A stretch of DNA of 64,000 bases from Eledone cirrhosa (GCA_964016885.1 OZ024742.1:2914001-2978000), one strand, 5' to 3'; counted from the first letter of the stretch, positions 30,201 to 45,939 are shown. Numbers and translations: made by a program. Notes: a model not told the origin generated them from the sequence alone.

Positions 30201-33200
30201 GAGCCAGACTCACACATCTAAACACACGCATCCAGACACGCACATCAAGACACACACGTACAGAATCACACGTCCAGACACACGTATCCAGACACACGCA
30301 TCCAGACACACACATCCAGAGACACACATCCAGACACACACATCCAGACACACACATCCAGACACACATACCCAGACACACACATCCAGACACACGCATC
30401 CAGACACACACATCCAGACTCACACATCCAGACACACGAATCCAGACACACACATCCAGACACACACATCCAGACTCACACATCCAGACTCACACATCCA
30501 GACACACACATCCAGACTCACACATCCATCCACACACATCATGACACACACATCCATACTCACACATCAAGACACACACTTCCAGACACACGCATACATA
30601 CACACACATCCAGTCTCAGACATACAAACACACGCATCCAGAAACACACATCCAGACACACACATCCAGACACACAAATCCAGACACACACATCCAGACA
30701 CACACATCCAGACACACACATCCAGACACACGCATCCAGACACACACATCCAGACCAACACATCCAGACACACACATCCAGACACCACCTCCTGACTCAC
30801 ACCTCCAGAATCACACATCCAGACACACACATCCAGACACACATATCCAGACACACGCATCCAGACACACACATCCAGACTCACACATCCAGACACACAC
30901 ATCCAGACACACACATCCAGACTCACACATCCAGTCATACGCATCCAGACACATACACCCAGACACACGCATCCATGCACCCACATCCAGACACACACAT
31001 CCAGACACACGAATCCAGACACGCATCCAGACACACACATCCGGGAACACACATCCAGACTCACACATCTAGACACACACATCCAGACTCACACATCCAG
31101 ACATCCACATCCAGACTCACACATCCGGGAACACACATCCAGAAACACACATCCAGACATACACATCCAGACACACACATCCAGACTCACACATCCAGAC
31201 ACACACATCCAGACTCACACATCCAGACATACACATCCAGACACACACATCCAGACACACACATGCAGACACACACATCCAGACTCACACATCCAGACAT
31301 ACACATCCAGACTCACACATGCAGACACACCCATCCAGACACACACATCCAGACTCACACATCCAGAAACACACATCCAGACACACACATCCAGACACAC
31401 ACATCGAGACACACACATCCAGATTCACACATCCAGACACACACATCCAGACACACGCATACAGACACACACATCCAGACACACACATCCAAACACACAC
31501 ATCCAGACACACACATCCAGACACACACATCCAGACACACACATCCAGACACACACATCCAGACACACACATCCAGACACACATCCAGACACACGCATGC
31601 AGGCACACACATCCAGACTCACACATCCAGACACACGCATGCAGGCACACACATCCAGACACACACATCCAGACTCACACATCCAGACAGACGCATCCAG
31701 ACTCACACATTCAGACTCAAACATCCAGACACACACATCCAGACACACACATCCACACACACGCATCCAGACACACGCATCAAGACAAACGCATACAGAC
31801 AAATACAGCCAGACACACATCAAAACACACGCATCCAGACACGCACATCCAGACACACACGTACAGACTCACACATCCAGACACACGCATCCAGACAAAC
31901 ACATCGAGACACACACATCCAGACTCACACATCCAGACACACACATCCAGACTCACACATCCAGACACACACATCCAGACACACACGTACAGACTCACAC
32001 ATCCAGACACACGCATGCAGAAACACACATCCAGACACACACATCCAGACATACACATCCAGACACTCACATCCAGACACACACATCCAGACAGACGCCT
32101 CCAGACACAAACATTCAGACTCACACATCCATACACACACATCCAGATACACACATCCACACACACGCATCCAGACACACGCATCAAGACACAAGCATAC
32201 AGACACACAGAGCCAGACTCACACATCTAAACACACGCATCCAGACACGCACATCCAGACAAACACATCCAGACTCACACATCCAGACATACACATCCAT
32301 ACACACACATCCAGACACACGCATCCAGACACACACATCCAGACACACATACCCAGACACACACATCCAGACACACGCATCCAGACTCACACATCCAGAC
32401 ATACACATCCAGACACACACATCCAGACACACGCATCCAGACACACGCATACAGACACACACATCCAGACTCACACATCCAGACATACACATCCAGACAC
32501 ACACATCCAGACTCACACATCCAGACATACACATCCAGACACACACATCCAGACACACGCATCCAGACACACGCATCCAGACACACGCATCCAGACACAC
32601 ACACATCCAGACACACATACCCAGACACACACATCCAGACACACGCATCCAGACACACACATCCAGACACACACATCCAGACACACACATCCAGACACAC
32701 ACATCCAGACACACATATCCAGACACACACATCCAGACACACGCATCCAGACACACACATCCAGACTCACACATCCAGACACACGAATCCAGACACACAC
32801 ATCCAGAAACACACATCCAGACTCACACATCCAAACACACACATCCAGAAACACGCATCCAGACAAACACATCCAGACTCACACATCCAGACTAACTCAT
32901 CCAGACACACACATCCAGACACACACACACAGACACACGCATCCAGACTCACACATCCAGCCACACACATCCAGACACACACATCCAGACTCACACATCA
33001 AGACACACACTTCCAGACCCACGCATACATACACACACATCCAGTCTCACACATCCAAACGCACGCATCCAGACACACACATCCAGACACACACATCCAG
33101 ACACACACATCCAGACACACACATCCAGACACACGCATCCATACACACACATCCATACACACACACATCCAGACACACACATCCAGACTCACACACCCAG

Positions 33201-36200
33201 ACACACACATCCAGACACACGCATCCAGACACACACATCCAGACACACACAATCAGACACACGCATCCAGACTCACACATCCAGACACACACATACAGAC
33301 ACACGCATCCAGACTCACACATCCAGACACACACATCCAGACTCACACATCCAAACATACACATCCAGACACACACATCCAGAAACACACATCCAGACAC
33401 ACACATCCAGACACACACATCCAGACACACACATCCAGACTCACACATCCAGACACACACATCCAGTTACACACATCCAGCCACACGCATGCAGACACAC
33501 ACATCCAGACACACACATCCAGACACACACATCCAGACAGACGCATCCAGACACACACATTCAGACTCACACATCCAGACACACATATCCACACACACGC
33601 ATCCAGACACACGCCTCAAGACACACGCAGACACACACAGCCAGACACACACATCCAGACACACGCATCCAGACACGCACATCCAGACACACACGTACAG
33701 AATCACACATCCAGACACACGCATCCTGACACACACATCGAGACACACACATTCAGACTCACACATCCAGAAACACACATCCAGACTCACACATCCAGAC
33801 ACTCACATCCAGACACACACATGCAGAGAGACGCCTCCAGACACAAACATTCAGACTCACACATCCAGACACACACATCCAGACACACACATCCAGACAC
33901 ACACATCCAGACACACGCATGCAGACACACACATCCAGACTCACACATCCAGACATACACATCCAGACACTCACATCCAGACACACACATCCAGAGAGAC
34001 GCCTCCAGACACAAACATTCAGACTCACACATCCAGACACACACATCCAGATACACGCAAACAGACACACACAGCCAGACTCACACATCCAGACACACAC
34101 ATCCAGACACACACATCCAGACACACGCATGCAGACACACACATCCAGACTCACACATCCAGACAGACGCATCCAGACACACACATTCAGACTCACACAT
34201 CCAGACACACACATCCAGACACACACATCCAGACAGACGCATCCAGACACACACATTCAGACTCACACATCCAGACACACACATCCAGACACACACATCC
34301 AGACAGACGCATCCAGACACACACATTCAGACTCACACATCCAGACACACACATCCAGACACACACATCCAGACTCACACATCCAGGCACAGACATCCAG
34401 ACACACCCATCCATACACACGCATCCAGACACACACATCCAGACACACACATCCAGACACACGCATCCAGACATACAGATCCAGACACACACATCCAGAC
34501 ATACACATCTAGACTCACACATCCAGACACACACATCCAGACACACGCATCCAGACACACACATCCAGACTCACATATCCAGACACACACATCCAGACAC
34601 ACACATCCAGACTCACACATCCAGACACACACATCCAGATACACGCACATCCAGACACACACGTACAGAATCACACATCCAGACACACGCATCCAGACAC
34701 ACGCATCCAGACACACGCATCCAGACACACACATCCAGACACACATACCCAGACACACACATCCAGACACACGCATCCAGACACACACATCCAGACACAC
34801 ACATCCAGACACACACATCCAGACTCACACATCCAGACACACATATCCAGAAACACACATCCAGACACACGCATCCAGACACACACATCCATACACACAC
34901 ACATCCAGACACACACATCCAACTCACACACCCAGACACATACATCCAGACACACGCATCCAGACACACACATCCAGACACACACATTCAGACACACGCA
35001 TCCAGACACACATATCCAGACACACACATCCAGACACACACATTCAGACTCACACATCCAGACACACACATCCAGACACACGCATCCAGACACACACATC
35101 CAGACACACACATCCAGACACACACATCCAGACACACATATCCAGACACACATATCCAGACACACGCATCCAGACACAGACATCCAGACTCACACATCCA
35201 GACACACACATACAGACACACGCATCCAGACTCACACATCCAGACACACACATCCAGACTCACACATCCAAACATACACATCCAGACACACACATCCAGA
35301 CACACGCATGCAGACACACACATCCAGACTCACACATCCAGACATACACATCCAGACACTCACATCCAGACACACACATCCAGACAGACGCATCCAGACA
35401 CACACATTCAGACTCACACATCCAGACACACACATCCAGACACACACATCCAGACACACACATCCAGACTCACACATCCAGGACACAGACATCCAGACAC
35501 ACCCATCCAGACACACGCATCCAGACACACACATCCAGACACACACATCCAGACACACGCATCCAGACATACACATCCAGACACACACATCCAGACATAC
35601 ACATCTAGACTCACACATCCAGACACACACATCCAGACACACGCATCCAGACACACACATCCAGACACACACATCCAGACACACGCATCCAGACACACAC
35701 ATCCAGACTCAAACATCCAGACTCACATATCCAGACACACGCACATCCAGACACACACGTACAGAATCACACATCCAGACACACGCATCCAGACACACGC
35801 ATCCAGACACACGCATCCAGACACACACATCCAGACACACACATCCAGACACACGCATCCAGACATACACATCCAGACACACACATCCAGACACACACAT
35901 CCAGACACACACATCCAGACACACACATCCAGACACAGACATCCAGACACACACATCCAGACACACATACCCAGACACACACATCCAGACACACGCATCC
36001 AGACACACACATCCAGACTCATACATCCAGACACACGAATCCAGACACACACATCCAGACACACGCATCCAGACACACACATCCATACACACACACATCC
36101 AGACACACACATCCAGACTCACACACCCAGACACATACATCCAGACACACGCATCCACACACACACATCCAGACACACACATTCAGACTCACACATCCAG

Positions 36201-37645
36201 ACACACACATCCAGACACACGCATCCAGACACACACATCCAGACACACACATCCAGACACACACATCCAGACACACATATCCAGACACACACATCCAGAC
36301 ACACGCATCCAGACACAGACATCCAGACTCACACATCCAGACACACACATACAGACACACGCATCCAGACTCACACATCCAGACACACACATCCAGACTC
36401 ACACATCCAAACATACACATCCAGACACACACATCCAGACTCACACATCCAAACATACACATCCAGACACACGCATCCAGACTCACACATCCAGACACAC
36501 ACATCCAGACTCACACATCCAAACATACACATCCAGACATACACATCCAGACACACACATCCAGACACACACATCCAGACACACACATCCACACACACGC
36601 ATCCAGACACACGCCTCAAGACACACGCATACAGACACACACAGCCAGACACACACATCAAAACACACGCATCCAGACACGCACATCCAGACACACACAT
36701 CCAGACACACGCATCCAGACACACACATCGAGACACACATATCCAGACACACACATCCAGACACGCATCCAGACACAAACATCCAGATACACACATCCAG
36801 ACACACACATCCAGACTCACACATCCAGACACACACGTCCAGACACACACATCCAGACTCACACATCCAGTCATACGCATCCAGACACATACACCCAGAC
36901 ACACGCATCCATGCACCCACATCCAGACACACACATCCAGACACACGCATGCAGACACACACATCCAGACTCACACATCCAGACACACACATCCAGACAC
37001 ACACATCCACACACACGCATCCAGACACACGCATCAAGACACACGCATACAGACACACACAGCCAGACTCACACATCTAAACACACGCATCCAGACACGC
37101 ACATCCAGACACACACGTACAGAATCACACATCCAGAGACACACATCCAGACACACATATCCAGACACACACATCCAGACACGCATCCAGACACACACAT
37201 CCAGACACATACATCCAGAGACACACATCCAGACACACACATCCAGAGACACACATCCAGACACAGACATCCAGACACACACATCCAGACTCACACATCC
37301 AGACACACACATCCAGACACACGCATCCAGAGACACACATCCAGACACACACATCCAGAGACACACATCCAGACACACATCCAGACACACACATCCAGAG
37401 ACACACATCCAGACACACACATCCAGACACACACATCCAGACTCACACATCCAGACACACACATCCAGACACACGCATCCAGACACAGACATCCAGACAC
37501 ACGCATCCAGACACACACATCCAGACACACACATCCAGACTCACACATCCAGACACACACATCCAGACTCACACATCCAGACACACACATCCAGACACAC
37601 ACATCCAGACTCACACATCCAGACACACACATCCAGACACACGCA
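12275..37645 (+). repeat. 14-bp satellite (CCAGACACACACAT)n, ~1800 copies, with higher-order duplications
   Basis: Continuous 14-bp periodicity; identical variant strings recur at offsets 518, 1203, ~3900-4000 and 8207 (seen as identical translations in the ORF track). Confidence 0.98.
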
Positions 37646-37688
37646 CACAGGCACACAAACACAGACACACAGACACACAGACACAGAC

Positions 37689-37763
<75 letters not shown>

Positions 37764-37781
37764 TACACACACACACACACA
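37646..37781 (+). repeat. (CA)n microsatellite ending the satellite
   Basis: Direct reading. Confidence 0.95.
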
Positions 37782-38006
37782 CGAACGCTGATGCCAGTGC
37801 AGAACAGATACATAGATAAAAAAGAGAAATGTTTTAGAATCTCAGAAGAAAAAAATAGAACGAGAGGAAGAGGCATCGCCATTGAGAAGGAAATGTGTGA
37901 CGAGAAGGATGTGTGACGAAAGTCTCTTGGCCATTAAACATTAAACAAGCAGCCTGTTAATAAACTAAACGATGAATGGATTATTTACGCAACTAATAAT
38001 AATAAT

Positions 38007-38082
<76 letters not shown>

Positions 38083-38112
38083 ATATATATATATATATAT
38101 ATACATATATAT

Positions 38113-38386
38113 GCAAAAGTTCTATTTAAATTGTTGGGATACAACTAGCAAATATTTTTATAACTGATATAAAGCACTCAACAAGTATTTGGAGTAAACA
38201 TACGATATTAACAAATGGAAACTATATTTATAAAACCATATTTATTTCATTATACATATTTCAAGGACACCAAGTTAAATTATGGTGTGCTTTCATCAGA
38301 CAAATTATAATATAGATCAGTTTTATAAATAAATATTGACATACCCTTAAAAAATACAACCATCACTGTTGGAAGCCTCCGGATAG
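38113..38386 (-). mobile_element. PLE-type 3' fragment (family C) in (TA)n
   Basis: HHR at 38246-38304; shares AAAGCACTCAACAA and AAATGGA with 62389-62735. Confidence 0.65.
38246..38304 (-). ncRNA. Type I hammerhead motif (weak stem I)
   Basis: TTGT-CTGATGA-AAG.ACACCA...TGGTGT.CTT-GAAA-TATGTA-TA-ATGA. Confidence 0.65.
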
Positions 38387-38425
<39 letters not shown>

Positions 38426-38449
38426 ATATGTATATATATATATATATAT

Positions 38450-39220
38450 GTAAACAAGGTTTAGTAAATAATGAAAAAGTTTCAAAATAAATTTTAAAAA
38501 ATTGACTTTACCTACTATAGTTACCTTTACCGATCGGTTTCGAATCTCAAAAATAAAACGGAGACCATACGGCCTTCGTTGTTAAAATTTATTTTGAAAC
38601 TTTTTCATTATTTACTAAACCTTGTTTATATTTGTTCTGGCTCGTTAATTTATTAACCCGCCATTGAACTACATTGGCACTTGGTTGGACAATACATGCG
38701 TACCTTGGCGCCTTGTGCGTGAAGGGACGTATTTCATATTACTACTACCTCCACTAACGTTGAGAACAAACCGGGTCATTCCGACTGCTGCTGGCAACAG
38801 CGGTGGCTAGTTTGACCTACCTCCTTTTGCCTCTATCTTTGCTACGGCCCTTGATAAACCTGTTCTACATCATCCACTCTCATCCCAGGAACAGTTTTTG
38901 ATAGCGCTAGTTTGTGATTTAAATTCAGGAATTTTATATTCTTTGAATGAAAAGAACCTTCTGACGAGAATCTCTCTTTGCAACGAAGGCCGTATGGTCT
39001 CCGTTTTATTTTTGGGATTCGAAACCGATCGGTAAAGGTAACTATAGTAGGTAAAGTCAATTTTTAAAAATTTATTTTGAAACTTTTTCCTTATTTACTA
39101 AACCTTGTTTATATTTGTTCTGGCTCGTTAATTTATTAACCCGCCATTGAACTACATTGGCACTTGGTTGGACAATACATGCGTACCTTGGCGCCTTGTG
39201 CGTGAAGGGACGTATTTCAT
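38450..39220 (+). mobile_element. ORF-less HHR element (family D): inverted arm + terminally redundant ~483-bp unit
   Basis: 38450-38581 is the inverse of ~38980-39112; 38584-38738 repeats directly at 39067-39221 (offset 483); (TA)n flanks. Confidence 0.85.
38956..39039 (+). ncRNA. Canonical type I hammerhead motif
   Basis: ACCTT-CTGACGA-GAATCTC...GGGATTC-GAAA-CCGATCGG-TA-AAGGT; all stems pair. Confidence 0.92.
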
Positions 39221-39250
39221 ATATATATATGTATGTATATATATATATAT

Positions 39251-39281
<31 letters not shown>

Positions 39282-39314
39282 ATTATATGTAGGAGGTGAG
39301 TTTTATTGTAGCAC

Positions 39315-39345
<31 letters not shown>

Positions 39346-39347
39346 TT

Positions 39348-39415
<68 letters not shown>

Positions 39416-39468
39416 ATATTGTGCTACAATAAAACTCACCTCCTACATATAATTATATATATATATAC

Positions 39469-39564
<96 letters not shown>

Positions 39565-39637
39565 CAATCTAACACCGACGAGCACCATCGCTGAATGTTA
39601 ATATCGGTTGGGATTTTTTATAATATATTGTTGGGCA

Positions 39638-39759
39638 TCCACTGATGATTTATACGTGCCCACCTACATATATTCCTATGGACTATGTGTAGGCTTCTAC
39701 ATAACCTGGACGTTATTTTCCCAATTTGTAGAAAACTTATAATGAAACGATCGTTTGGA
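39638..39759 (+). ncRNA. Type I hammerhead motif
   Basis: TCCA-CTGATGA-TTTATA...TATAAT-GAAA-CGATCG-TT-TGGA; GUU triplet. Confidence 0.8.
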
Positions 39760-39790
39760 AAGAGGGATGTATTTAATTAATTATGTTTCA

Positions 39791-40888
39791 TCTATATATA
39801 TAAAACTGAGGTTGTCTGTCTGTCTATCGATTTTTGGCGCACATCTCCTCTTAGAATCTCTCACGGAATTGCACCCAAATTGCTATACTTGTACATTGAG
39901 CCCTAGCGAAGACATCGGAAAAACAATATTTCAAATTGACCCGCCCTATCTGACGAAATCGAATATAATGTATCGATTTTTGAGCGTAAGTGATCAGTTA
40001 TTTCCCTTTGTTCTGTTTACATTCAGCGTAGCGTCTTACGTTCTGTTTACATTTTCTGCGTGCAAAAATTAAAAAAATTACGCTGGCAAAAATTAAAAAA
40101 ATTACGCTGGCTTTCTCAGCGTTTAAAATGACATTAACACAATACACGAACAGTTGTCGAGCCAGCAAAATTTTGACCTGCAAAATTCATCAGTTCGAAC
40201 ACTAAGCTTCCGTTTTGCTTCATTTCCATTTAAAAGCCTTTTAAAACAATATTTTTACTTGAAAACAAGTCTATTTAAAGACTACGTAAAACAAGCAAAT
40301 ATTTCGTAAAAAAAAGCAAAAATTATATAAGTTTATTTAAAATATATGTATCTGTAAATTTCGTTAGGCGTGCAGACAGACAGTCGTGCAGACAGACAGT
40401 CGTGCAGAGAGGTGATATACGGGTGCAGACAGACAGTCGTGCAGAGAGGTGATATACGCGTGCAGACAGACAGTCGTGCAGAGAGGTGATATACGCGTGC
40501 AGACAGACAGTCGTGCAGAGAGGTGATATAGGCGTGCAGACAGACAGTCGTGCAGAGAGGTGATATAGGCGTGCAGACAGACATAACTGATAATTTGGTT
40601 ACGCTAATGTTTTTCTCTGCGTTGCAGTGTTTACATTTTCGATCTTTGTTAATAAATAACCAGTGCAGTTTTTATCCCCAGCATCCTCTTTTGTTATAAC
40701 ATTCGGGTTATCGTTATGTTTTCTTAACTTCATAAGGCATATTGTTGGTTGAGGGAATATTAATCAAAAACACCACATGCAAGTCTGCACAGTAGACACT
40801 ACAGTTTTTAAGCCAAAAAAGAAACTTAACATTGTAACTTTAACACAGCTACTGAGCGACCCCGAGCAACGCCGGGCTTTACTGCTAG
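39791..40888 (+). mobile_element. Non-autonomous Helitron
   Basis: 5' TCTATATATATAAAA..(GTCT)n; 3' hairpin CCCG-AGCAACGC-CGGG, 8 nt, CTAG; inserted between A and T, no TSD. Confidence 0.85.
40369..40582 (+). repeat. 37-bp tandem repeat (~5 copies) inside Helitron
   Basis: GATATA at 40414, 40451, 40488, 40525, 40562. Confidence 0.92.
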
Positions 40889-41032
40889 TATAAAATAATA
40901 CAACTGGCAATCCGCAAAATACGTATCGTTACCACCCCAAACAAATAATTGGAATTATACTAAGGTATATCCTAATGCTTTTTGAATGAGACGGAAGTCG
41001 GTCGGAGTATTGCTTAAAGCTTTCTCTTAATG

Positions 41033-41244
<212 letters not shown>

Positions 41245-41414
41245 AGATAAATCTACCAAAATATACGGTAGTGTCCAATCCTTATGAAGAACTCAATTAA
41301 TCCTAATATCATGAAAAGAGAAGATGTATTGAACATGTTTTTTAATGAAAACAGAGTCAAGATAAATTAATAAAAGTTAATAAAACAAAGAAGCAGTTCC
41401 TTATATTAAAAAAT

Positions 41415-41554
41415 TCATCATTTTACGATCGTTTCTAGGATATATATATGTGTGTGTTGGTATGTATATCATATAGATCTATGTAAAAGTTTTACAAACT
41501 ATTAGAGGGGATATACATACCTACACATATATATGCTGTCTTCAGAAATAATGA
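41415..41554 (-). ncRNA. Type I hammerhead motif, long stem II
   Basis: TCATTATTT-CTGAAGA-...-GAAA-CGATCG-TA-AAATGATGA. Confidence 0.82.
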
Positions 41555-42262
41555 CCAACAAAGATTTAATATAATAGGTCTGTTTGGGAACAGGTTTTTT
41601 TTGAATTGACCAATAGAAAGGTAGTAAGTGATCAAGTTGATAGAATAGTAGTAGTAGAAATTTAATTTAGGGGTAGAAGAATGCAGACTTCAGTTTTGAA
41701 TGGAAAGAGTATTTTGAATGAAAAGATTACTTTGGGGATGAAAATAGGTCAAGCCGGTGAAAGGTACACGAAAAATTGATGTTATTAAAGAATAATGCTA
41801 ATGTTAAAATCTAAGGAGATTACAATTTTACGATAAATGTGTTAGTGAAAAATATCAATCTTATTTAAAACATAAGGAATTTAGATCTATAAAAAGAAAT
41901 TAAATTAATTTAATTGATAGGTATATTTATAGGGATACATTTATATTAATTCATATAGATATGATAAATAAGAGTTAGATGTTATTAAAGAATGTTGTTA
42001 AAAACGAAGGAAAATAAATTGGGGTGGGGGAGGGGGTAAATGTATTAGTGAGATATAACAAACTTATATAGATTACAAGGAATATAGATTCATAACAGGA
42101 AATCAAAATAGTTTATATGTATACTTATTGGTATAAATTTTAGGAAAAGATAGCTGTAAAAGGGAAATAAAATCATGCAGTTCTTAGTAGTAGAATATTA
42201 ATTATAGGTTAACTAATTTAAAAAAAATGTAATTATAATAATTTGTAAAATATAAGTGTATA

Positions 42263-44330
42263 TTAATTAGGTTTATAATATTTGAAAGTTTTTCTAATTC
42301 TATGATTGCATGATATAATTAATTCTTGTCGCTTATTTAATAAGATATCCTTAGATTTCATTATTTCAAAGAGTTCCTGGGAACATAATCTACATTAATA
42401 TCTATTATTTTGATAAGGGGTGGCGCTTTTGAGCACACTCCAGGTCAGGTTATAATCGATATTCTTTTTTCTATAATTATTAATTATTTCAGCTAAGGAT
42501 GTTGTATTAGCTAATGTGGCATTTTTGAAACTGTGTTTGTGGGTATTAAATCTTACTTTAAATTGGTTAGAAGTAGCTCCTATATATGAATAAGTTGAGT
42601 CCTTAGTGCTAATTTTACATTTATATACTATGTTATTAATAAGGCAATTTCCTTTTAATGGGCAATTTGCTTTGTTTCTACAGTTACAACCTTTCGTGAA
42701 TGTTATATCAGGGGAGTTAGTCAAATTAGGTGTGGAATTTTCTCGACTTGTATGTGAATGAGATTGTAGTTTGCTGTGGTTTATTTTAGTATTATGGTTA
42801 GTTTGATGTATTGGTGGTATATTCATGGTTTTTTTTTACATTTATATGCATTGTAGGCACTTATATTTCGTTGTATAATTTTGGTTGTTGAGTAGGAGAA
42901 TTTGACCGTTGATCTATTTAAAATTTGATGGTATTTATGGTTTGGCCGGAAGTTTTTCTCTAGGATAGTAAAAACTTCTTTAGGTATATTATCTTTAATT
43001 TGTAGATTAAATGGAGCATTATACCATGTAACTCGTCTATTACGGTTTCGATATTGTTTTTTATTTTTATACGATGTATCCTGATGTTTACTAAGAGAAT
43101 TAGTATTAGTGATTTTATTACACATATTTTTAGTTAGATTCACTGATTTAGGTGTTTTAGCATGATTATTAGGAATTTTGTTAGTAATGTTATTAACATA
43201 TATTGGAATATTAGGATGAATGGTTTTTTGAAAGTTATTATATTGTATATTAGAAGAGGTAGAGAAATTAAGTTTTAAGTTGGTATGTTTGGGTATAGTG
43301 TGAGTGGCATTTAGGTGTGTATATTTCATTTGGTGTTTGTTGGTAATATTGGTTGTATGTTTGTAGTATTATTGGTACAAGGTATATATATACTAAAATT
43401 TTTTGTGGCCGCTTCTAGCTAGAGCTTCGTTATAAAAGGTCGCATTTTTATCGAATACATCCTGGTTAGATGAAAGGTAAGAAATTCTGAGTGAGATATT
43501 ATATGCTAGGTTTTTAAGGATAGATCTAGGTTGATTAGATTGTGAGTGTATGTAATGTAAGTTTTGGTTAGGTTTATGGTAAGGTTGGTAGATACCCGTA
43601 GATAAGTCTAAAGTTATATCAAGGAAATTAACTACTATACTTGTGTTTTCAAATGTAATAGTGAGACTATAATAATCTTTGAGGAAAGTTCTAAGTTTTT
43701 TTATTTTTTTCAATTTCTGATAGGCTAAGGTTAGTGGAAAGAAGAAGACAGTCATCGCGATATAAACCACCTTTAAGGTGGGGAAAAGAAGCATTTATGT
43801 TAAATAGAAGAAAGAGGCCTACAAGATCGGTAATTTGGGCAGAATCACTAGAGCCCATAGTAATGTCGAATAGATTACTATATGTATTTCTGGTCCAGTA
43901 TTCCTTCTGAAATTCCAGTAGTGTTTGTCTAGCGTGCGTGATAATATTAATGTCATCCATAGTTAAGTTTGATCTATTTTTGGCAAATATCAAGGCTTTG
44001 TTCAGGAGTATGGGTGATATAGAGGGATAATAAGCATCTATATCGAATTGTAGAAATGAAGCAGATGATTTATTTCTAATATTAGTAAACCTGGGATGTG
44101 TTTTCCCAGAGTGGTAAATTAACATGTTTTCTTAATTGTGGGATGACTCTATCTAAAAAATGTTTACTATATTTCGTATCGGTACATTTTGTTTTTTTAT
44201 CAAAGTGGTAGGCCCTCCATCTGACCCTTTTGATGAATTGGTTGGTTTTTTATATCATAAGAAGTAAGAATTCATCCTTAGAAGGTATTGGTATATTCTT
44301 TAAAGAAGTTCCCAAGTATTGTTTTTCCAT
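42263..44330 (-). pseudogene. Frameshifted PLE RT-GIY-YIG ORF
   Basis: N-term SLKNIPIPS; RT motifs FDIDAYYPSI, ITMGSSDSAQITDLVG, GLYRDD, VNFLDITLDL, YHKPN; VTWYNAPF; CNCRNKANCP; IVY...YIG; LNKR...CNHR. Several frameshifts/stops and an apparent N-terminal deletion. Confidence 0.93.
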
Positions 44331-45412
44331 TGTGATATGGATAATGGACAAGAAAAAGAGCTCAACTATATATATATAGGGAGTTATAAAATTATATATA
44401 TATAAAAATATTAATACCTTTATAAAATTATGAGCAAAGTATGTAGATAAATCTACCAAAATATACGGTAGTGTCCAATCCGTATGAAGAACTCAATGTA
44501 ATCCAAATATCATGAAAAGAGAAGATGTATTCAACATTTTTTTTATAATGAAAAACACAAGAAAACAGAGTCAATATAAATTAATAAAAGTAATAAACTC
44601 TCTGAAATAATGAAATCTAAGGATATCCTATTAAATAAGCGACAAGAATTAATTATATCATGCAATCATAGAATTAGAAAAACTTTCAAATATTATAAAC
44701 CTAATTAATATACACTTATATTTTACAAATTATTATAATTAATTTTTTTTTAAATTAGTTAACCTATAATTAATATTCTACTACTAAGAATTGCATAATT
44801 TTATTTCCCTTTTACAGCTATCTTTTCCTAAAATGTATACCAATAAGTATACATATAAACTATTTTAATTTCCTGTTATGAATCTATATTCCTTGTAATC
44901 TATATAAGTTTATTTCTCACTAATACATCTATCCACCCCCAACAATTTTTTTCCTTCGTTTTTAACAACATTCTTTAATAACATCTAACTCATATTTATC
45001 ATATATATATGAATTAATATAAATGTATCCCTATAAATATACCTATCAATTAAATTAATTTAATTTCTTTTTATAGATCTAAATTCCTTATGTTTTAAAT
45101 AAGATTGATATTTTTCACTAACACATTTATCGTAAAATTGTATTCTCCTTAGATTTTAACATTAGCATTATTCTTTAATAACATCAATTTTTCGTGTACC
45201 TTTCACTGGCTTGACCTATTTTCATCCCCAAAGTAATCTTTTCATTCAAAATACTCTTTCCATTCAAAACTGAAGTCTGCATTTTTCTACCCCTAAATTA
45301 AATTTCTACTACTACTATTCTATCAACTTGATCACTTACTACCTTTCTATTGGTCAATTCAAAACCTGTTCCCAATATTAAATCTTTGTTGATTTTTTTC
45401 AATAAACAAATA

Positions 45413-45550
45413 TCATTATTTCTGAAGAAAGCATATATATGTGTAGGTAGGTATATCCCCTCTGATAGTTTGTAAAACTTTTACATAGATCTATATGATA
45501 TACATACCAACACACACATATATATCCTAGAAACGATCGTAAAATGATGA
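45413..45550 (+). ncRNA. Type I hammerhead motif (inverted-arm copy)
   Basis: CTGAAGA 45422, GAAA 45530, CGATCG, TA, 9-bp stem I. Confidence 0.82.
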
Positions 45551-45610
45551 ATTTTTTAATATAAGGAACTGTTTCTTTGTTTTTATTCATTATTTTTATT
45601 AATTTATATA

Positions 45611-45697
<87 letters not shown>

Positions 45698-45700
<3 letters not shown>

Positions 45701-45937
45701 AGTTGATATAAATTAATATATATGATAAAACACAAACACCAACATATAAGTGTTTGTATTGTAAATGACTAAGTTAGCTAACTTAGTCATTTACAATACA
45801 AACACTTATATGTTGGTATTTGTGTTTTATCATATATATTAATTTATATTAACTTGTATTACACGGCTCAGAAATACTTCTTTATTTGAGCTATTTCATT
45901 GTAAAGGACTGCTTGAGTTTAGAACTCATTATTCTTA

Positions 45938-45939
<2 letters not shown>
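45698..45939 (+). mobile_element. Spacer-less 160-bp palindrome + 82-nt tail (PLE-type 3' end, family L)
   Basis: Arms 45698-45777/45778-45857 centred on TTAGCTAA; unfolded copy at 48101-48327 on the other strand. Confidence 0.8.

Noticed and set aside
12275-37916. Very long His/Thr-rich (+) and Cys/Val-rich (-) ORFs up to 2313 aa
   Set aside because: Translations of a 14-bp repeat that lacks stops; all frames give the same peptide, indels ignore frame, no codon-position bias.
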